A DNA stretch of 64,000 bases from contig CAVXLA010000004.1 of NCBI GenBank assembly GCA_963762445.1, forward strand, positions 358,794-422,793, given 5' to 3'. Below the pieces are notes generated by a model. It worked only from the letters and a program-made list of their open reading frames with translations. It did not search any database and was not told the origin of the DNA. Numbering within the stretch: the stretch's first letter is position 1; every line of letters begins with the position of its first letter. Shown here in pieces: positions 32,387 to 41,814 of this stretch. Both the position numbers and the translations under genes were made by a program. This DNA comes from an uncultured Chloroflexia bacterium (lineage in GTDB: Bacteria; Chloroflexota; Limnocylindria; Limnocylindrales; CSP1-4).

Positions 32387-33367
32387 GTGCCGCGCGTCGT
32401 CGCGCTCGCGGGCGGGGTCGGTGGGGCGAAGCTCTCCCACGGGCTGGCGGCGGTGCTCACCCCGGGCGAGCTGACGATCATCGTCAACACGGCGGACGAC
32501 GAGGAGTTCCACGGCCTTCTCGTCTGTCCCGACCACGACACCGTCGTCTACACGCTGGCCGGGTTGGCCGACCGCGAACGGGGCTGGGGCGTCGCCGGGG
32601 AGACGTGGTCGGCGGCCGCGATGCTCGAGCGGCTGGGCGAGCCGGCCTGGTTCCGCCTCGGCGACCGCGACCTCGCGCTCCACGTCCACCGGGCGCGCCA
32701 TCTGCGCGAGGGGGCCCGCCTCACGGAGGTCAACCGGGGGATCCAGCAGTCCCTCGGGGTCTCGACGCCGGTCCTGCCGATGACCGACGAGCGGGTCCGG
32801 ACGCGGGTCCGGACGCCCGGGGGATGGCTCGCCTTCCAGGAGTACTTCGTGCGCCTCCGGCAGGAGCCCGAGGTCCTCGAGGTCGCCTTCGACGGGATCG
32901 CCGCTGCTCGTCCCACGCCGGAGGTCGCGGCGAGCCTCGCCGGAGCCGAGGCGGTCGTGCTCTGCCCCTCGAACCCCTTCGTCTCGATCGGCCCCATCCT
33001 CGCGGTGCCCGGGATGCGCGACCTCCTCGACGCGACGCGGGCGCGGGGGGCCCGCGTCGCCGCCGTCTCCCCCCTCGTCGGCGGGCGCGCGCTGCGGGGC
33101 CCCGCCGACCGGATGGCGCGCTCCCTCGGGGCCGAATCGAGCTCGGTCGGGATCGCCCGCCACTACGCCGGGCTGATCGACGCACTCCTCGTCGACGATG
33201 TCGACGCGGCCGAGGTGCCCAGGATCGCGGCACTCGGGATCGAGGCAGTCGTGGGCCCGACCGTCATGGGCGACGATGCGTCCCGGGCAGCCCTCGCCAC
33301 CGCGGCGGTCGCGGCCGCCTGGCGCGGGGCGCCGGGGCGCGCGGCGCCGGGGCGCGGCGCTTCCTGA
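32387..33367 (+). CDS. cofD: 2-phospho-L-lactate/PEP transferase (F420-0 synthesis)
   Basis: LAGGVGGAKL, IVNTADD, CPDHDTVVYTL, WFRLGDRD, FQEYFV, PSNPFVSIGPIL. Confidence 0.94.
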   Translation: MPRVVALAGGVGGAKLSHGLAAVLTPGELTIIVNTADDEEFHGLLVCPDHDTVVYTLAGLADRERGWGVAGETWSAAAMLERLGEPAWFRLGDRDLALHVHRARHLREGARLTEVNRGIQQSLGVSTPVLPMTDERVRTRVRTPGGWLAFQEYFVRLRQEPEVLEVAFDGIAAARPTPEVAASLAGAEAVVLCPSNPFVSIGPILAVPGMRDLLDATRARGARVAAVSPLVGGRALRGPADRMARSLGAESSSVGIARHYAGLIDALLVDDVDAAEVPRIAALGIEAVVGPTVMGDDASRAALATAAVAAAWRGAPGRAAPGRGAS

Positions 33368-33399
33368 CCGCCGGGGGCGGCCTCGTCTACGATCGACGG

Positions 33400-34077
33400 G
33401 TGCCCGACCCCTCGCCGACCTTCGCCCGGATCGCCGCCCTCGTCCCCGTCCGGGGGCTCGAGCGCGCCAAGGCGCGCCTCGGCGAGGCGCTCGACGCGGA
33501 GGAGCGGCGGGACCTCGTGCAGCGCCTCCTCGTCGACACGGTCGCGGCCGCGGCCGCGACGCCGGCGGTCGCAGATGTCATCGTCGTCTCGTCCGACCCG
33601 GACGTCCTCGCGCTCGCGGGCAGGCTGGGCGCACGCGGCGTCGCCCAGGCGGGCGGCGGGCTGAACGAGGGGCTCGACGCGGGCCGGGCGCGGGCCGCGG
33701 CCGCCGGCGCCGACGCCATCCTGGTGGTCCCGGCCGACCTGCCGGCCGTCACCGGGGCGGAGCTGGCCCGGATCGTCGAGCGGGCCCGCGCCCACGCGGC
33801 GGCGCGGGCGGCCGCCGGGGCGCCGGTGAGCGCCCTCGTCGCGCTCGTGACGGACCGCGCCGGCTGCGGCACCAACGTCCTCATCGTGGCGCCACCGGGG
33901 GCGGTCGCCTTCCGCTTCGGCGAGGGCTCGCGAGCCGCCCACGCCGCCGCCGCCCGCGCGGCGGGCGCCGCCTACCTCGAGATCGCCAGCCCGCTGGCTC
34001 TCGACCTGGACACGCCCGACGACCTGCTCGCCGCCGAGGCCGCGGGACTCGGCGGCCTGCGGACGGAGGTGCCGTGA
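33400..34077 (+). CDS. cofC: 2-phospho-L-lactate/PEP guanylyltransferase
   Basis: LVPVRGLERAKARL, GLNEGL, PADLP, GTN, FGEGS, DLDTPDDL. Confidence 0.9.
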   Translation: MPDPSPTFARIAALVPVRGLERAKARLGEALDAEERRDLVQRLLVDTVAAAAATPAVADVIVVSSDPDVLALAGRLGARGVAQAGGGLNEGLDAGRARAAAAGADAILVVPADLPAVTGAELARIVERARAHAAARAAAGAPVSALVALVTDRAGCGTNVLIVAPPGAVAFRFGEGSRAAHAAAARAAGAAYLEIASPLALDLDTPDDLLAAEAAGLGGLRTEVP

Positions 34078-34934
34078 GCAATCTCGGGCACGACCCCGGG
34101 CCACCGGCCGCGCCGCCGGGGACCGCCGCCGAACCGGGTCGGACGCCGGCGGAGCCGACGCGCCCCGCCGACGCGCTCGTCATCCTCCCGCTGGCGCAGC
34201 TGCCCGAGGTCCGCCGCGGCGACGATCTCGCGGCGCTGCTGGCCGATGCCGTCGCGGCGACGCCCGGCGCCCTGCCGCTGCTGCCCGACGACGTCGTCGT
34301 GGTCACCCAGAAGGTCGTCTCCAAGGCCGAGGGAGCTGTCGTGGACCTCGCGACGATCGAGCCACGGCCCGCGGCCGTCGACTTCGCGGCACGCTGGAAC
34401 CGCGACCCCCGCCAGGTCGAGGTGGTCCTGCGCGAGGCGGTCCGGGTGGTCCGGATGGCGAACGGCGTCATCATCGCCGAGACGCGCCACGGCTTCGTGC
34501 TCGCCAACGCGGGCGTGGACGCCAGCAACGTGGGGCCTGGAAGCGGCAGCGTCGTCCTCCTCCTGCCGGAAGATCCCGACGCCTCGGCGCGACAGATCCG
34601 GGCCGGGCTCGCGGCGCGGCTCGGCGTGGCGCCGGGGGTGATCGTCTCGGACAGCCTCGGGCGGCCGTGGCGGTTCGGGATCACCGACCTCGCGCTCGGC
34701 GTCGCCGGGTTCCGGCCACTCGAGGACCTCCGCGGGACGCCCGACGCTGACGGCCGGACGATGGCGGCGACCGTGCGGGCGGTGGCCGACGAGATCGCCT
34801 CGGCGGCGGAGCTGGTCCTCGGCAAGGCGGCGCGGCGTCCGGCAGCGCTCGTGCGCGGCGCCTCGCCGCCCCCCGGCGACGGCAGCGTCCGTGGAGACGT
34901 CCTCATGCCGGCCGAGCTCGACCTCTTCCGATGA
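34074..34934 (+). CDS. cofE: Coenzyme F420-0:L-glutamate ligase
   Basis: LPEVRRGDDL, VTQKVVSKAEG, ANAGVDASN, LLPEDPDASA, DSLGRPWR, DLFR. Confidence 0.93.
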   Translation: MSNLGHDPGPPAAPPGTAAEPGRTPAEPTRPADALVILPLAQLPEVRRGDDLAALLADAVAATPGALPLLPDDVVVVTQKVVSKAEGAVVDLATIEPRPAAVDFAARWNRDPRQVEVVLREAVRVVRMANGVIIAETRHGFVLANAGVDASNVGPGSGSVVLLLPEDPDASARQIRAGLAARLGVAPGVIVSDSLGRPWRFGITDLALGVAGFRPLEDLRGTPDADGRTMAATVRAVADEIASAAELVLGKAARRPAALVRGASPPPGDGSVRGDVLMPAELDLFR

Positions 34935-35825
34935 AGATCGGCCTCCAGCTGAACCGCTTCGACTACCCCGGGGGGACGCCCGCGATCGGGCCGACCCTGG
35001 CCCGGGTTGCCCGGTCGGCGGACGAGGCCGGCTTCGAATTCGATCTGGGTGATGGACCACTTCTTCCAGATCCGCGGCCTCGGGCCCGTCGACGACCCGA
35101 TGCTCGAGGGCTGGACGACTCTCGGTTTCCTGGCCGCCCACACGAGCCGGGCGCGGGTGGGGCTCATGGTCGGCGGCGTCCACTACCGGCTGCCCGGGCT
35201 GTGGGTGAAGGCTGCCACCACCCTGGACGTCCTCTCGGGCGGACGGGCCTGGCTCGGCATCGGGGCGGCGTGGAACCAGGAGGAGAGCGACGGCCTCGGC
35301 TTCCCGATGCCACCGCTCGCGACGCGCTTCGAGATGCTCGAGGAGACCCTCCAGATCGCCCACGCCATGTGGACGGGGGCTCGCGGGACGGAGGGTCGCC
35401 ACGAGGGGGCCCACTACGCGGCCGAGCGGCTCCTCAACGCCCCCCAGTCCCTGAGCCGCCCGCGCGTGCCGATCATGGTCGGCGGCGGCGGCGAGCGGAA
35501 GACGCTGCGCCTGGTCGCCCGGTACGCCGACGGCTCGAACGTGTTCGGCGGCCCCGAGGTCATCCGCCGCAAGTACGCGATCCTCCGCGCCCACTGCGAG
35601 GCGGTCGGCCGGCCATTCGACGAGATCGAGCGCTCGACGCTCCAGAGCACGCGCCTGTCCTCCGACGGGCGCCCCGGCACGGAGACGCCGGAAGCGGCCG
35701 CGGAGCGCTTCGCAGCCCTCGCCGAGGCGGGCGCGCAGCACGTGATCGTGGGAATCCAGAACGTCGAGCAACCGGGGGTCGACGTCCTGGCGGCCCGCCT
35801 CGCCGCCCTGGTCCACGCGATCTGA
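34931..35825 (+). CDS. LLM class F420-dependent oxidoreductase, frameshifted near 35038 (sequencing error or pseudogene)
   Basis: MKIGLQ...ADEAGF in one frame, [11 protein letters not shown]...HAI* in the next; GGCTTCGAATTCG has one extra A relative to the GFDSIW reading. Confidence 0.82.
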
Positions 35826-35958
35826 GGCGACGGCGCATCGAGTCCGGCCGGGCCGCCAGTCCGGGCGGATACTCCCGGGGGGTATGGGCGGCGTGCTACC
35901 ATGCAGGTCCGCCCCGCGCGTGTCCGCGGCCCATCCAGCAACGAGACCCCTTCTTCCG

Positions 35959-37014
35959 ATGACCGAACCCAGCTCCCCCTTCGGCGGCTTTGCCATCGAC
36001 TTCGGCGCCGCCGGCGCCGTCGCCCCGGCCGCGGCCGTTCCCGTCGCCACGGCGTCGGAGGGCCCGCACGAGACGAACGTCCTCATCCTGGGCTCGGGCC
36101 CGGCTGGCCTCACGGCCGCCATCTACGCGGCCCGGGCTGACCTCCGGCCGATCGTCCTCGCCGGCTACCAGCCGGGGGGCCAGCTCACGATCACGACCGA
36201 CGTCGAGAACTACCCCGGCTTCCCCGACGGAATCCAGGGGCCCGATCTCATGCTCCGGTTCCGCCAGCAGGCCGAGCGCTTCGGGACCCGCATCTTCGAC
36301 GTGGAGGCGGACCGCGTCGACTTCTCGAGCCGCCCGTTCCGGGCGTGGGCGAGCGGCGCGGAGTACCGCGCCCAGGCCGTCATCGTGGCGACCGGCGCCT
36401 CCGCGATCTGGCTCGGGCTCGCCTCCGAGGAGCGCCTGCGCGGCCGCGGGGTCTCGGCCTGCGCGACCTGCGACGGGTTCTTCTTCCGGGGCAAGGAGGT
36501 CGCGGTGGTCGGGGGCGGCGACACCGCCCTCGAGGAGGCCCTCTACCTGACCCGGTTTGCCTCGAAGGTCCACCTCCTCCACCGCCGCGACGAGTTCCGG
36601 GCCAGCAAGATCATGCAGGCCCGCGCCGAGAGCCACCCCGGGATCGAGATCCACCGTGGCGTGACGGTGGCTGAGGTGCTCGGCGACGAGGCGGTCACGG
36701 GCGTGCGCCTCAAGGAGGTCGCGACCTCGGCGACCCGCGACCTCCCGGTCGACGGCTTCTTCGTGGCGATCGGTCACCGGCCCAACACCGCTCCCTTCGA
36801 GGGGTGGCTGGCGAAGGACGAGAAGGGCTACCTGGTGGTCGAGCACGAGACCCACTCCCGGATCGAGGGGGTCTTCATCGCCGGCGACGTCCATGACCAC
36901 CGCTACCGTCAGGCAGTCACCGCGGCCGGCGACGGCTGCCGGGCGGCGATCGACGCCGAGCGCTGGCTCGAGGAGCACGGCGTGGTCGAGGCGGTCACCG
37001 CGACGGCGTGGTGA
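35959..37014 (+). CDS. trxB: Thioredoxin-disulfide reductase
   Basis: [49 protein letters not shown]. Confidence 0.95.
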   Translation: MTEPSSPFGGFAIDFGAAGAVAPAAAVPVATASEGPHETNVLILGSGPAGLTAAIYAARADLRPIVLAGYQPGGQLTITTDVENYPGFPDGIQGPDLMLRFRQQAERFGTRIFDVEADRVDFSSRPFRAWASGAEYRAQAVIVATGASAIWLGLASEERLRGRGVSACATCDGFFFRGKEVAVVGGGDTALEEALYLTRFASKVHLLHRRDEFRASKIMQARAESHPGIEIHRGVTVAEVLGDEAVTGVRLKEVATSATRDLPVDGFFVAIGHRPNTAPFEGWLAKDEKGYLVVEHETHSRIEGVFIAGDVHDHRYRQAVTAAGDGCRAAIDAERWLEEHGVVEAVTATAW

Positions 37015-37763
37015 GCGACGGCCGCGAGGCGACGCTCCGCCGTCTCGGCATCGTCCCGGGCGTCGGGGAGCGAGTCAGGGCCGCCCTCGACGACGCCCTC
37101 GAGCGGGCCGAGGCCGCCCGCCGGGACGAGGGCGCAACGCCGCCCGCCGTCGTGGCCCTCGACGCCGGCTGCGGGCGGAGCTCGGCGCTGGCCCGCTACC
37201 GGGCCCGGATCGGCCGGTTCGTCGGCGTGGACATCCACGCCCGGGCGCCGGGCGCCCTCCCCTACCTCGACGAGTACGCCGCGGTCGACCTCGGCGCGCG
37301 CCCGGACGCGTTTCCGCCGGAAACCTTCGACGTCGTCCTGAGCTCGTTCACGGTCGAGCACCTGGCCGAGCCCGGCAACGCGTTCGCCAACCTCGCCCGC
37401 TGGCTGCGGCCCGGCGGCTCGCTCATCCTCACGACCGTGAACCGCCGCCACCCGTTCGTGGCCGCCTACCTGGCCATGCCGGCATCCGTGCGGCGCCGGA
37501 TCCAGCCCGTGGTGAAGGCGAGCAGCGCCGACGTGCACCCGCTCGTCGGCGCCTGCAACGACCCGGCTGCGCTCCGGGCGGCGCTCGCCGCGGCGGGCTA
37601 CCGCGACGTCCGGGTGGAGGCCCTCGGCAACCTCGCCCGGGCCTGGGGGCGTCGGCTCCCGACCTTCGCCCTCGGGCTCGCGGGCGACCTGCTGACCCGG
37701 CGGCTCCCGTCGCGGCGCTCGACCCTGGTCGTGACCGCCCACGTCGCGGGTCGGGCCGCGTGA
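37011..37763 (+). CDS. Class I SAM-dependent methyltransferase
   Basis: [34 protein letters not shown]. Confidence 0.85.
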   Translation: MSDGREATLRRLGIVPGVGERVRAALDDALERAEAARRDEGATPPAVVALDAGCGRSSALARYRARIGRFVGVDIHARAPGALPYLDEYAAVDLGARPDAFPPETFDVVLSSFTVEHLAEPGNAFANLARWLRPGGSLILTTVNRRHPFVAAYLAMPASVRRRIQPVVKASSADVHPLVGACNDPAALRAALAAAGYRDVRVEALGNLARAWGRRLPTFALGLAGDLLTRRLPSRRSTLVVTAHVAGRAA

Positions 37764-39832
37764 CCGGACGCGGGGGCGCCCGCCGCCTCGCGCGGGGCCC
37801 GTTCGGCGGAGCCGAGGTGCCGCCGCCCATCCCGCCCGAGCGCCGGCGGCGAACCATCCTCAGGATCGTCGCCTTCTTCGGGCCGTACCGTTTCCGGGTC
37901 GTGGTCGTCGTCGGGGCGATCCTGATCACGAGCCTCCTCGGCGTCGTCAACCCGATCCTGCTCAAGCTCCTCACCGACGAAGTGATCATCGGGCGTGACT
38001 ACAGCAATCTCGCCCTCTTCGTCGGCCTGATGATCGTCACCCCGATCGGGTCCGGCCTCATCGGCGTGGGCCAGACGTATCTCAACAACGTCATCGGCCA
38101 GAACGTGATGCAGGACCTCCGCAACGCGCTCTACGCGCATCTCCAGCGGCTGCCGCTCCGCTTCTTCACCGAGACGCGCACCGGCGAGATCCAGAGCCGC
38201 CTCGCCAACGACGTCGGCGGCGTCCAGGCCGTGGTGACCGACACCGCGACGAGCGTCGCCGCCAACGTGGCCACGGTCGCCTCGTCGCTGGTCGCGATGG
38301 TGGTCATCGACTGGCGCCTGACGCTCCTGTCCGTGGGGATGCTCCCGTTCTTCCTCTACCTGACCCAGCGGGTGGGCAAGGTTCGCCGGGCTGTCTCGAC
38401 CGAGACCCAGAAGGCCCTGGCCGACATGACCTCGGCGACCGAAGAGACCCTGAGCGTCTCGGGCGTCCTGCTGACGAAGACCTTCGGCCAGCAGGCCACG
38501 GCGACCGACCGCTTCCGGACGTTGAGCCGCCGGCTCGCCCGCCTCCAGCTCCGCCAGGCGATGGTGGGCCGCTGGTTCTTCATGATCATCGGGACGATCT
38601 TCAGCATCATCCCGGCCTTCGTGTACTGGCTGGCCGCCGTGCTCGCCATGAACGGCGACCCGTCGGCTCCGACGGCGGGCGACATCGTCGCCTTCACGAC
38701 GCTCCAGAGCCGGCTCTTCTTCCCGCTGGGGCAGCTGCTGAACGTCCAGGTGGAGATCGCCGGGTCGCTCGCGCTCTTCGACCGGATCTTCGAGTACCTC
38801 GACCTCGACCCGGAGATCGTCGACGCGGCCGACGCCGTGACCCTCGAGCCGGCGGCAGTCCATGGCCGGGTCCGGCTGCACCGCGTCTGGTTCCGCTACC
38901 CGACAGCCACGGTGCCGTCGAAGCGCGCGCTCGAGGCGATGGCCGCCGGCGGGCACACGCACGACACGAGGTCGACGCCGGACGAGGCGGTGGCGGACGC
39001 CGTGGTGGAGCCGATCGCCGGGGAGGCGCTCGAGGCGGGCCTCGCCGAGCCGGCACAGGCCGTTCCGTCCGCGCGTGCCGACGGAAGCGACGCGGCGGCG
39101 GTCCCGCCGGCCGCGTTCGCCCTCGAGGGGATCGACTTCGAGGCCGAGCCCGGGCAGCTGCTGGCCCTCGTCGGCCCGTCCGGGTCCGGGAAGACGACCA
39201 CGACCTACCTGGTGCCGCGCCTCTACGACGTGGACAGCGGCGCCGTCGAGATCGACGGCGTCGACGTCCGCCGGATCGCCCTGGCCTCCCTCGGCCGGGC
39301 GATCGGCGTCGTGACCCAGGAGACCTACCTCTTCCACGCGTCGATCCGCGACAACCTGCGCTACGCCCGGCCGGAGGCGACCGAGGCGGAGCTCGAGGTG
39401 GCGGCGCGCGCCGCGGCGATCCACGAGCGCGTCCTGGAGCTGCCGGCGGGCTACGAGACGATCGTCGGCGAGCGCGGCTACAAGCTCTCGGGCGGCGAGA
39501 AGCAGCGGATCGCGATCGCCAGGGTCCTCCTGAAGGACCCCCGGATCCTCATCCTCGACGAGGCGACCTCGGCGCTCGACACGGTCTCCGAGCGGCTCAT
39601 CCAGGCCGCCCTGGAGCGGCTGATGGAAGGCCGCACGACCATCGCCATCGCCCACCGCCTCTCCACGATCCTGCGGGCCGACCAGATCCTCGTGTACGAG
39701 CGCGGGCGGATCGTGGAGCGGGGCCGTCACGAGGAGCTCCTCGCCGCGGGGGGGCTGTACGCGCGCCTGTACCACGAGCAGTTCGAGACCCCGGTCGGCC
39801 CCCCGGGCGGCGTTGCCGACAGCCCCGACTGA
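37760..39832 (+). CDS. ABC exporter, fused permease/ATP-binding (MdlB/MsbA-like)
   Basis: TM domain, GEIQSRLANDV, GPSGSGKTT, LSGGEKQR, ILDEATSALD, IAHRLST. Confidence 0.93.
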   Translation: MTGRGGARRLARGPFGGAEVPPPIPPERRRRTILRIVAFFGPYRFRVVVVVGAILITSLLGVVNPILLKLLTDEVIIGRDYSNLALFVGLMIVTPIGSGLIGVGQTYLNNVIGQNVMQDLRNALYAHLQRLPLRFFTETRTGEIQSRLANDVGGVQAVVTDTATSVAANVATVASSLVAMVVIDWRLTLLSVGMLPFFLYLTQRVGKVRRAVSTETQKALADMTSATEETLSVSGVLLTKTFGQQATATDRFRTLSRRLARLQLRQAMVGRWFFMIIGTIFSIIPAFVYWLAAVLAMNGDPSAPTAGDIVAFTTLQSRLFFPLGQLLNVQVEIAGSLALFDRIFEYLDLDPEIVDAADAVTLEPAAVHGRVRLHRVWFRYPTATVPSKRALEAMAAGGHTHDTRSTPDEAVADAVVEPIAGEALEAGLAEPAQAVPSARADGSDAAAVPPAAFALEGIDFEAEPGQLLALVGPSGSGKTTTTYLVPRLYDVDSGAVEIDGVDVRRIALASLGRAIGVVTQETYLFHASIRDNLRYARPEATEAELEVAARAAAIHERVLELPAGYETIVGERGYKLSGGEKQRIAIARVLLKDPRILILDEATSALDTVSERLIQAALERLMEGRTTIAIAHRLSTILRADQILVYERGRIVERGRHEELLAAGGLYARLYHEQFETPVGPPGGVADSPD

Positions 39833-39868
39833 CGGCGGGCCGCATTGCCGCGGCAGGCCCTCAATCAC

Positions 39869-39899
39869 TTGCGCAAACGCGCAACCGTTGGAGTAGACT
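39869..39899 (+). promoter_or_regulatory. Palindrome TTGCGC-N4-GCGCAA and -10 TAGACT upstream of the OsmC-family gene
   Basis: Perfect 6-4-6 inverted repeat at 39869-39884; TAGACT at 39894-39899. Confidence 0.45.
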
Positions 39900-39958
39900 G
39901 GGCCGGCGCCCTCCGGCACCCCCCGCCGCATCCCGTCACGCCCCAGGAGCAGATGCCC

Positions 39959-40447
39959 ATGGCCACCAAGACCGCCGACCTCCGCCACGAGGGCGGCCAC
40001 CGCTTCGTCGCCCGGACCGGATCCGGCTTCGAGGTCCCGATGGACGCCGCGACCGGCGGCTCCGCTCCGCGGCCGATCGAGGTGCTGGCGGCCGCCATCG
40101 GCGGCTGCACCGCGATGGACATCGTCAGCATCCTGCAGAAGAAGCGCCAGGACCTGGCGCGCTATGCCGTCCACGTGGCCGCCGAGCAGCGCGACGCGCA
40201 CCCGCACGCCTTCCGGCGGGTCGTGATCACCCACGAGGTCGAGGGGCCGGCCCTGGACGTCGAGGCGGTTGTGCGCGCCATCGAGCTCTCCGCCACGAAG
40301 TACTGCTCCGTCACCCTGGGCCTCGCCAGCGGGATCTCGGAGATCCACCACCACTACAGGGTGACCTCGCCCGAGGGCGCCGTGCCGGTCGACGGAGAGG
40401 CCGCCGTCACCGGGCCCGGGCAGGAGCTCCCGCCCGACGAGGCGTAG
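39959..40447 (+). CDS. OsmC/YhfA family protein
   Basis: PRPIEVLAAAIGGCTAMDIVSILQKKRQ, RAIELSATKYCSV. Confidence 0.9.
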   Translation: MATKTADLRHEGGHRFVARTGSGFEVPMDAATGGSAPRPIEVLAAAIGGCTAMDIVSILQKKRQDLARYAVHVAAEQRDAHPHAFRRVVITHEVEGPALDVEAVVRAIELSATKYCSVTLGLASGISEIHHHYRVTSPEGAVPVDGEAAVTGPGQELPPDEA

Positions 40448-40505
40448 CCCCGCTCGACGCGTGTCGGCTGGTCCGCCGGGCGCGAGCTGCGCCGGGTGCG
40501 CGCCT

Positions 40506-40544
40506 CTTGCATGACTATGCGTGCCCAATGTATAGTCATGCGTG
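40506..40544 (+). promoter_or_regulatory. Tandem ARG boxes (ArgR operator) overlapping the arg operon promoter
   Basis: TGCAT-GACT-ATGCG (40508-40521) and TGTAT-AGTC-ATGCG (40529-40542), i.e. 18-bp boxes 3 bp apart; -35 TTGCAT and -10 TATAGT with 18-bp spacing. Confidence 0.85.
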
Positions 40545-40651
40545 GCATGAACCCCGGCGACCCGGCCCGACTGGCCTCACCCCTTCCCGCCCGCGTGGCC
40601 GCCCGCGAGCGGCCCGGCGCGCCCCGCATCGGCGGCGGCGCCCGCGCGCCC

Positions 40652-41794
40652 GTGAGCGCAGGAGCGGCGGCGTCGGCCGGGGTCGCCCCGGAGCGCCGGG
40701 ACGTGCCCCTCCCCCGCGGTCCGCGCGGCGAAGGTGGCCGGATCCGCGTCGCGATCGTCGGGGCCACCGGCTACGTCGGCGCCGAGCTGGTCCGGCTGCT
40801 CAGCCGTCACCCGGCCGTCGAGATCGTCGGGCTCGTGGGGCGCGGCCGGAGCCGAGAGCCGATCGGGGGCACGCACATCCACCTCGACCGGACGGGGCTC
40901 CACGTCGACGCGACCGTCCCCGACGCCGACGCGGTCTTCCTGGCCCTCCCCCACGGGGCCGCTGCGGACATCGTCCCCGACCTCGCCGCGACGGGGGCCG
41001 CGATCATCGACCTCGGGCCGGACTTCCGGCTCCACGCGGCGGCCGACTACCCGCGCTGGTACGGCTTCGAGCACCCCCGCCCGGACCTGCTGCCCGCCGC
41101 CGTCTATGGCCTCCCCGAGCTCCACCGGGCCGAGCTGGCGCACCTCGGCGGCGAGAAGACCGCGATCGTCGGGGCGCCCGGCTGCTACCCGACGGCCACC
41201 CTCCTCGCCCTCGCGCCGCTCGCCCGGGGAGGGCTGATCGGGGACCTCGTCGTCGACGCCAAGTCGGGCGTCTCGGGCGCCGGGCGGGAGCCGAAGCAGG
41301 ACCTCATGTTCGGCGAGGTCAACGAGAGCGTGCGGGCGTACGGCCTCGGCGGCCACCGCCACGTCGCCGAGATGGAGCAGGAGCTGGCGGCACTCGGCGC
41401 GGCCGCCGGGCTGGCACCCGGCGCGAACCCGGGCGCCAGCCGCGTCGACTTCCTCCCCCACCTGGTCCCGATGACGCGCGGCATCCTGGCCGCATGCCAC
41501 GTCCGGCCCACCCGGCCGGTCACCCAGGCCGAGCTCGACGGTATCTACGGCGAGGCCTACGCCGGCGAGGCGTTCGTGCACGTGACGACCCAGCCGCCGG
41601 CCACGAAGCACGTCCTCGGCAGCAACGCCTGCCGGGTCCACGTTCGACTCGACGAGCGGACGGGGCGCGTCCTGGCCATCGGCGTCATCGACAACCTCGT
41701 CAAGGGGGCGGCCGGCCAGGCGATCCAGGCCTTCAACGCCGTCCACGGGCTGCCCGAGACCGCCGGCCTCGAGCAGCTCCCGCTGGCGCCCTGA
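40652..41794 (+). CDS. argC: N-acetyl-gamma-glutamyl-phosphate reductase
   Basis: IVGATGYVG, FLALPHG, YGLPE, PGCYPT, SGVSGAGR, DNLVKGAAGQA; start uncertain (40547, 40652 or 40703). Confidence 0.94.
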   Translation: MSAGAAASAGVAPERRDVPLPRGPRGEGGRIRVAIVGATGYVGAELVRLLSRHPAVEIVGLVGRGRSREPIGGTHIHLDRTGLHVDATVPDADAVFLALPHGAAADIVPDLAATGAAIIDLGPDFRLHAAADYPRWYGFEHPRPDLLPAAVYGLPELHRAELAHLGGEKTAIVGAPGCYPTATLLALAPLARGGLIGDLVVDAKSGVSGAGREPKQDLMFGEVNESVRAYGLGGHRHVAEMEQELAALGAAAGLAPGANPGASRVDFLPHLVPMTRGILAACHVRPTRPVTQAELDGIYGEAYAGEAFVHVTTQPPATKHVLGSNACRVHVRLDERTGRVLAIGVIDNLVKGAAGQAIQAFNAVHGLPETAGLEQLPLAP

Positions 41795-41814
41795 CGCCGC
41801 CAGGCCGACGCCCG

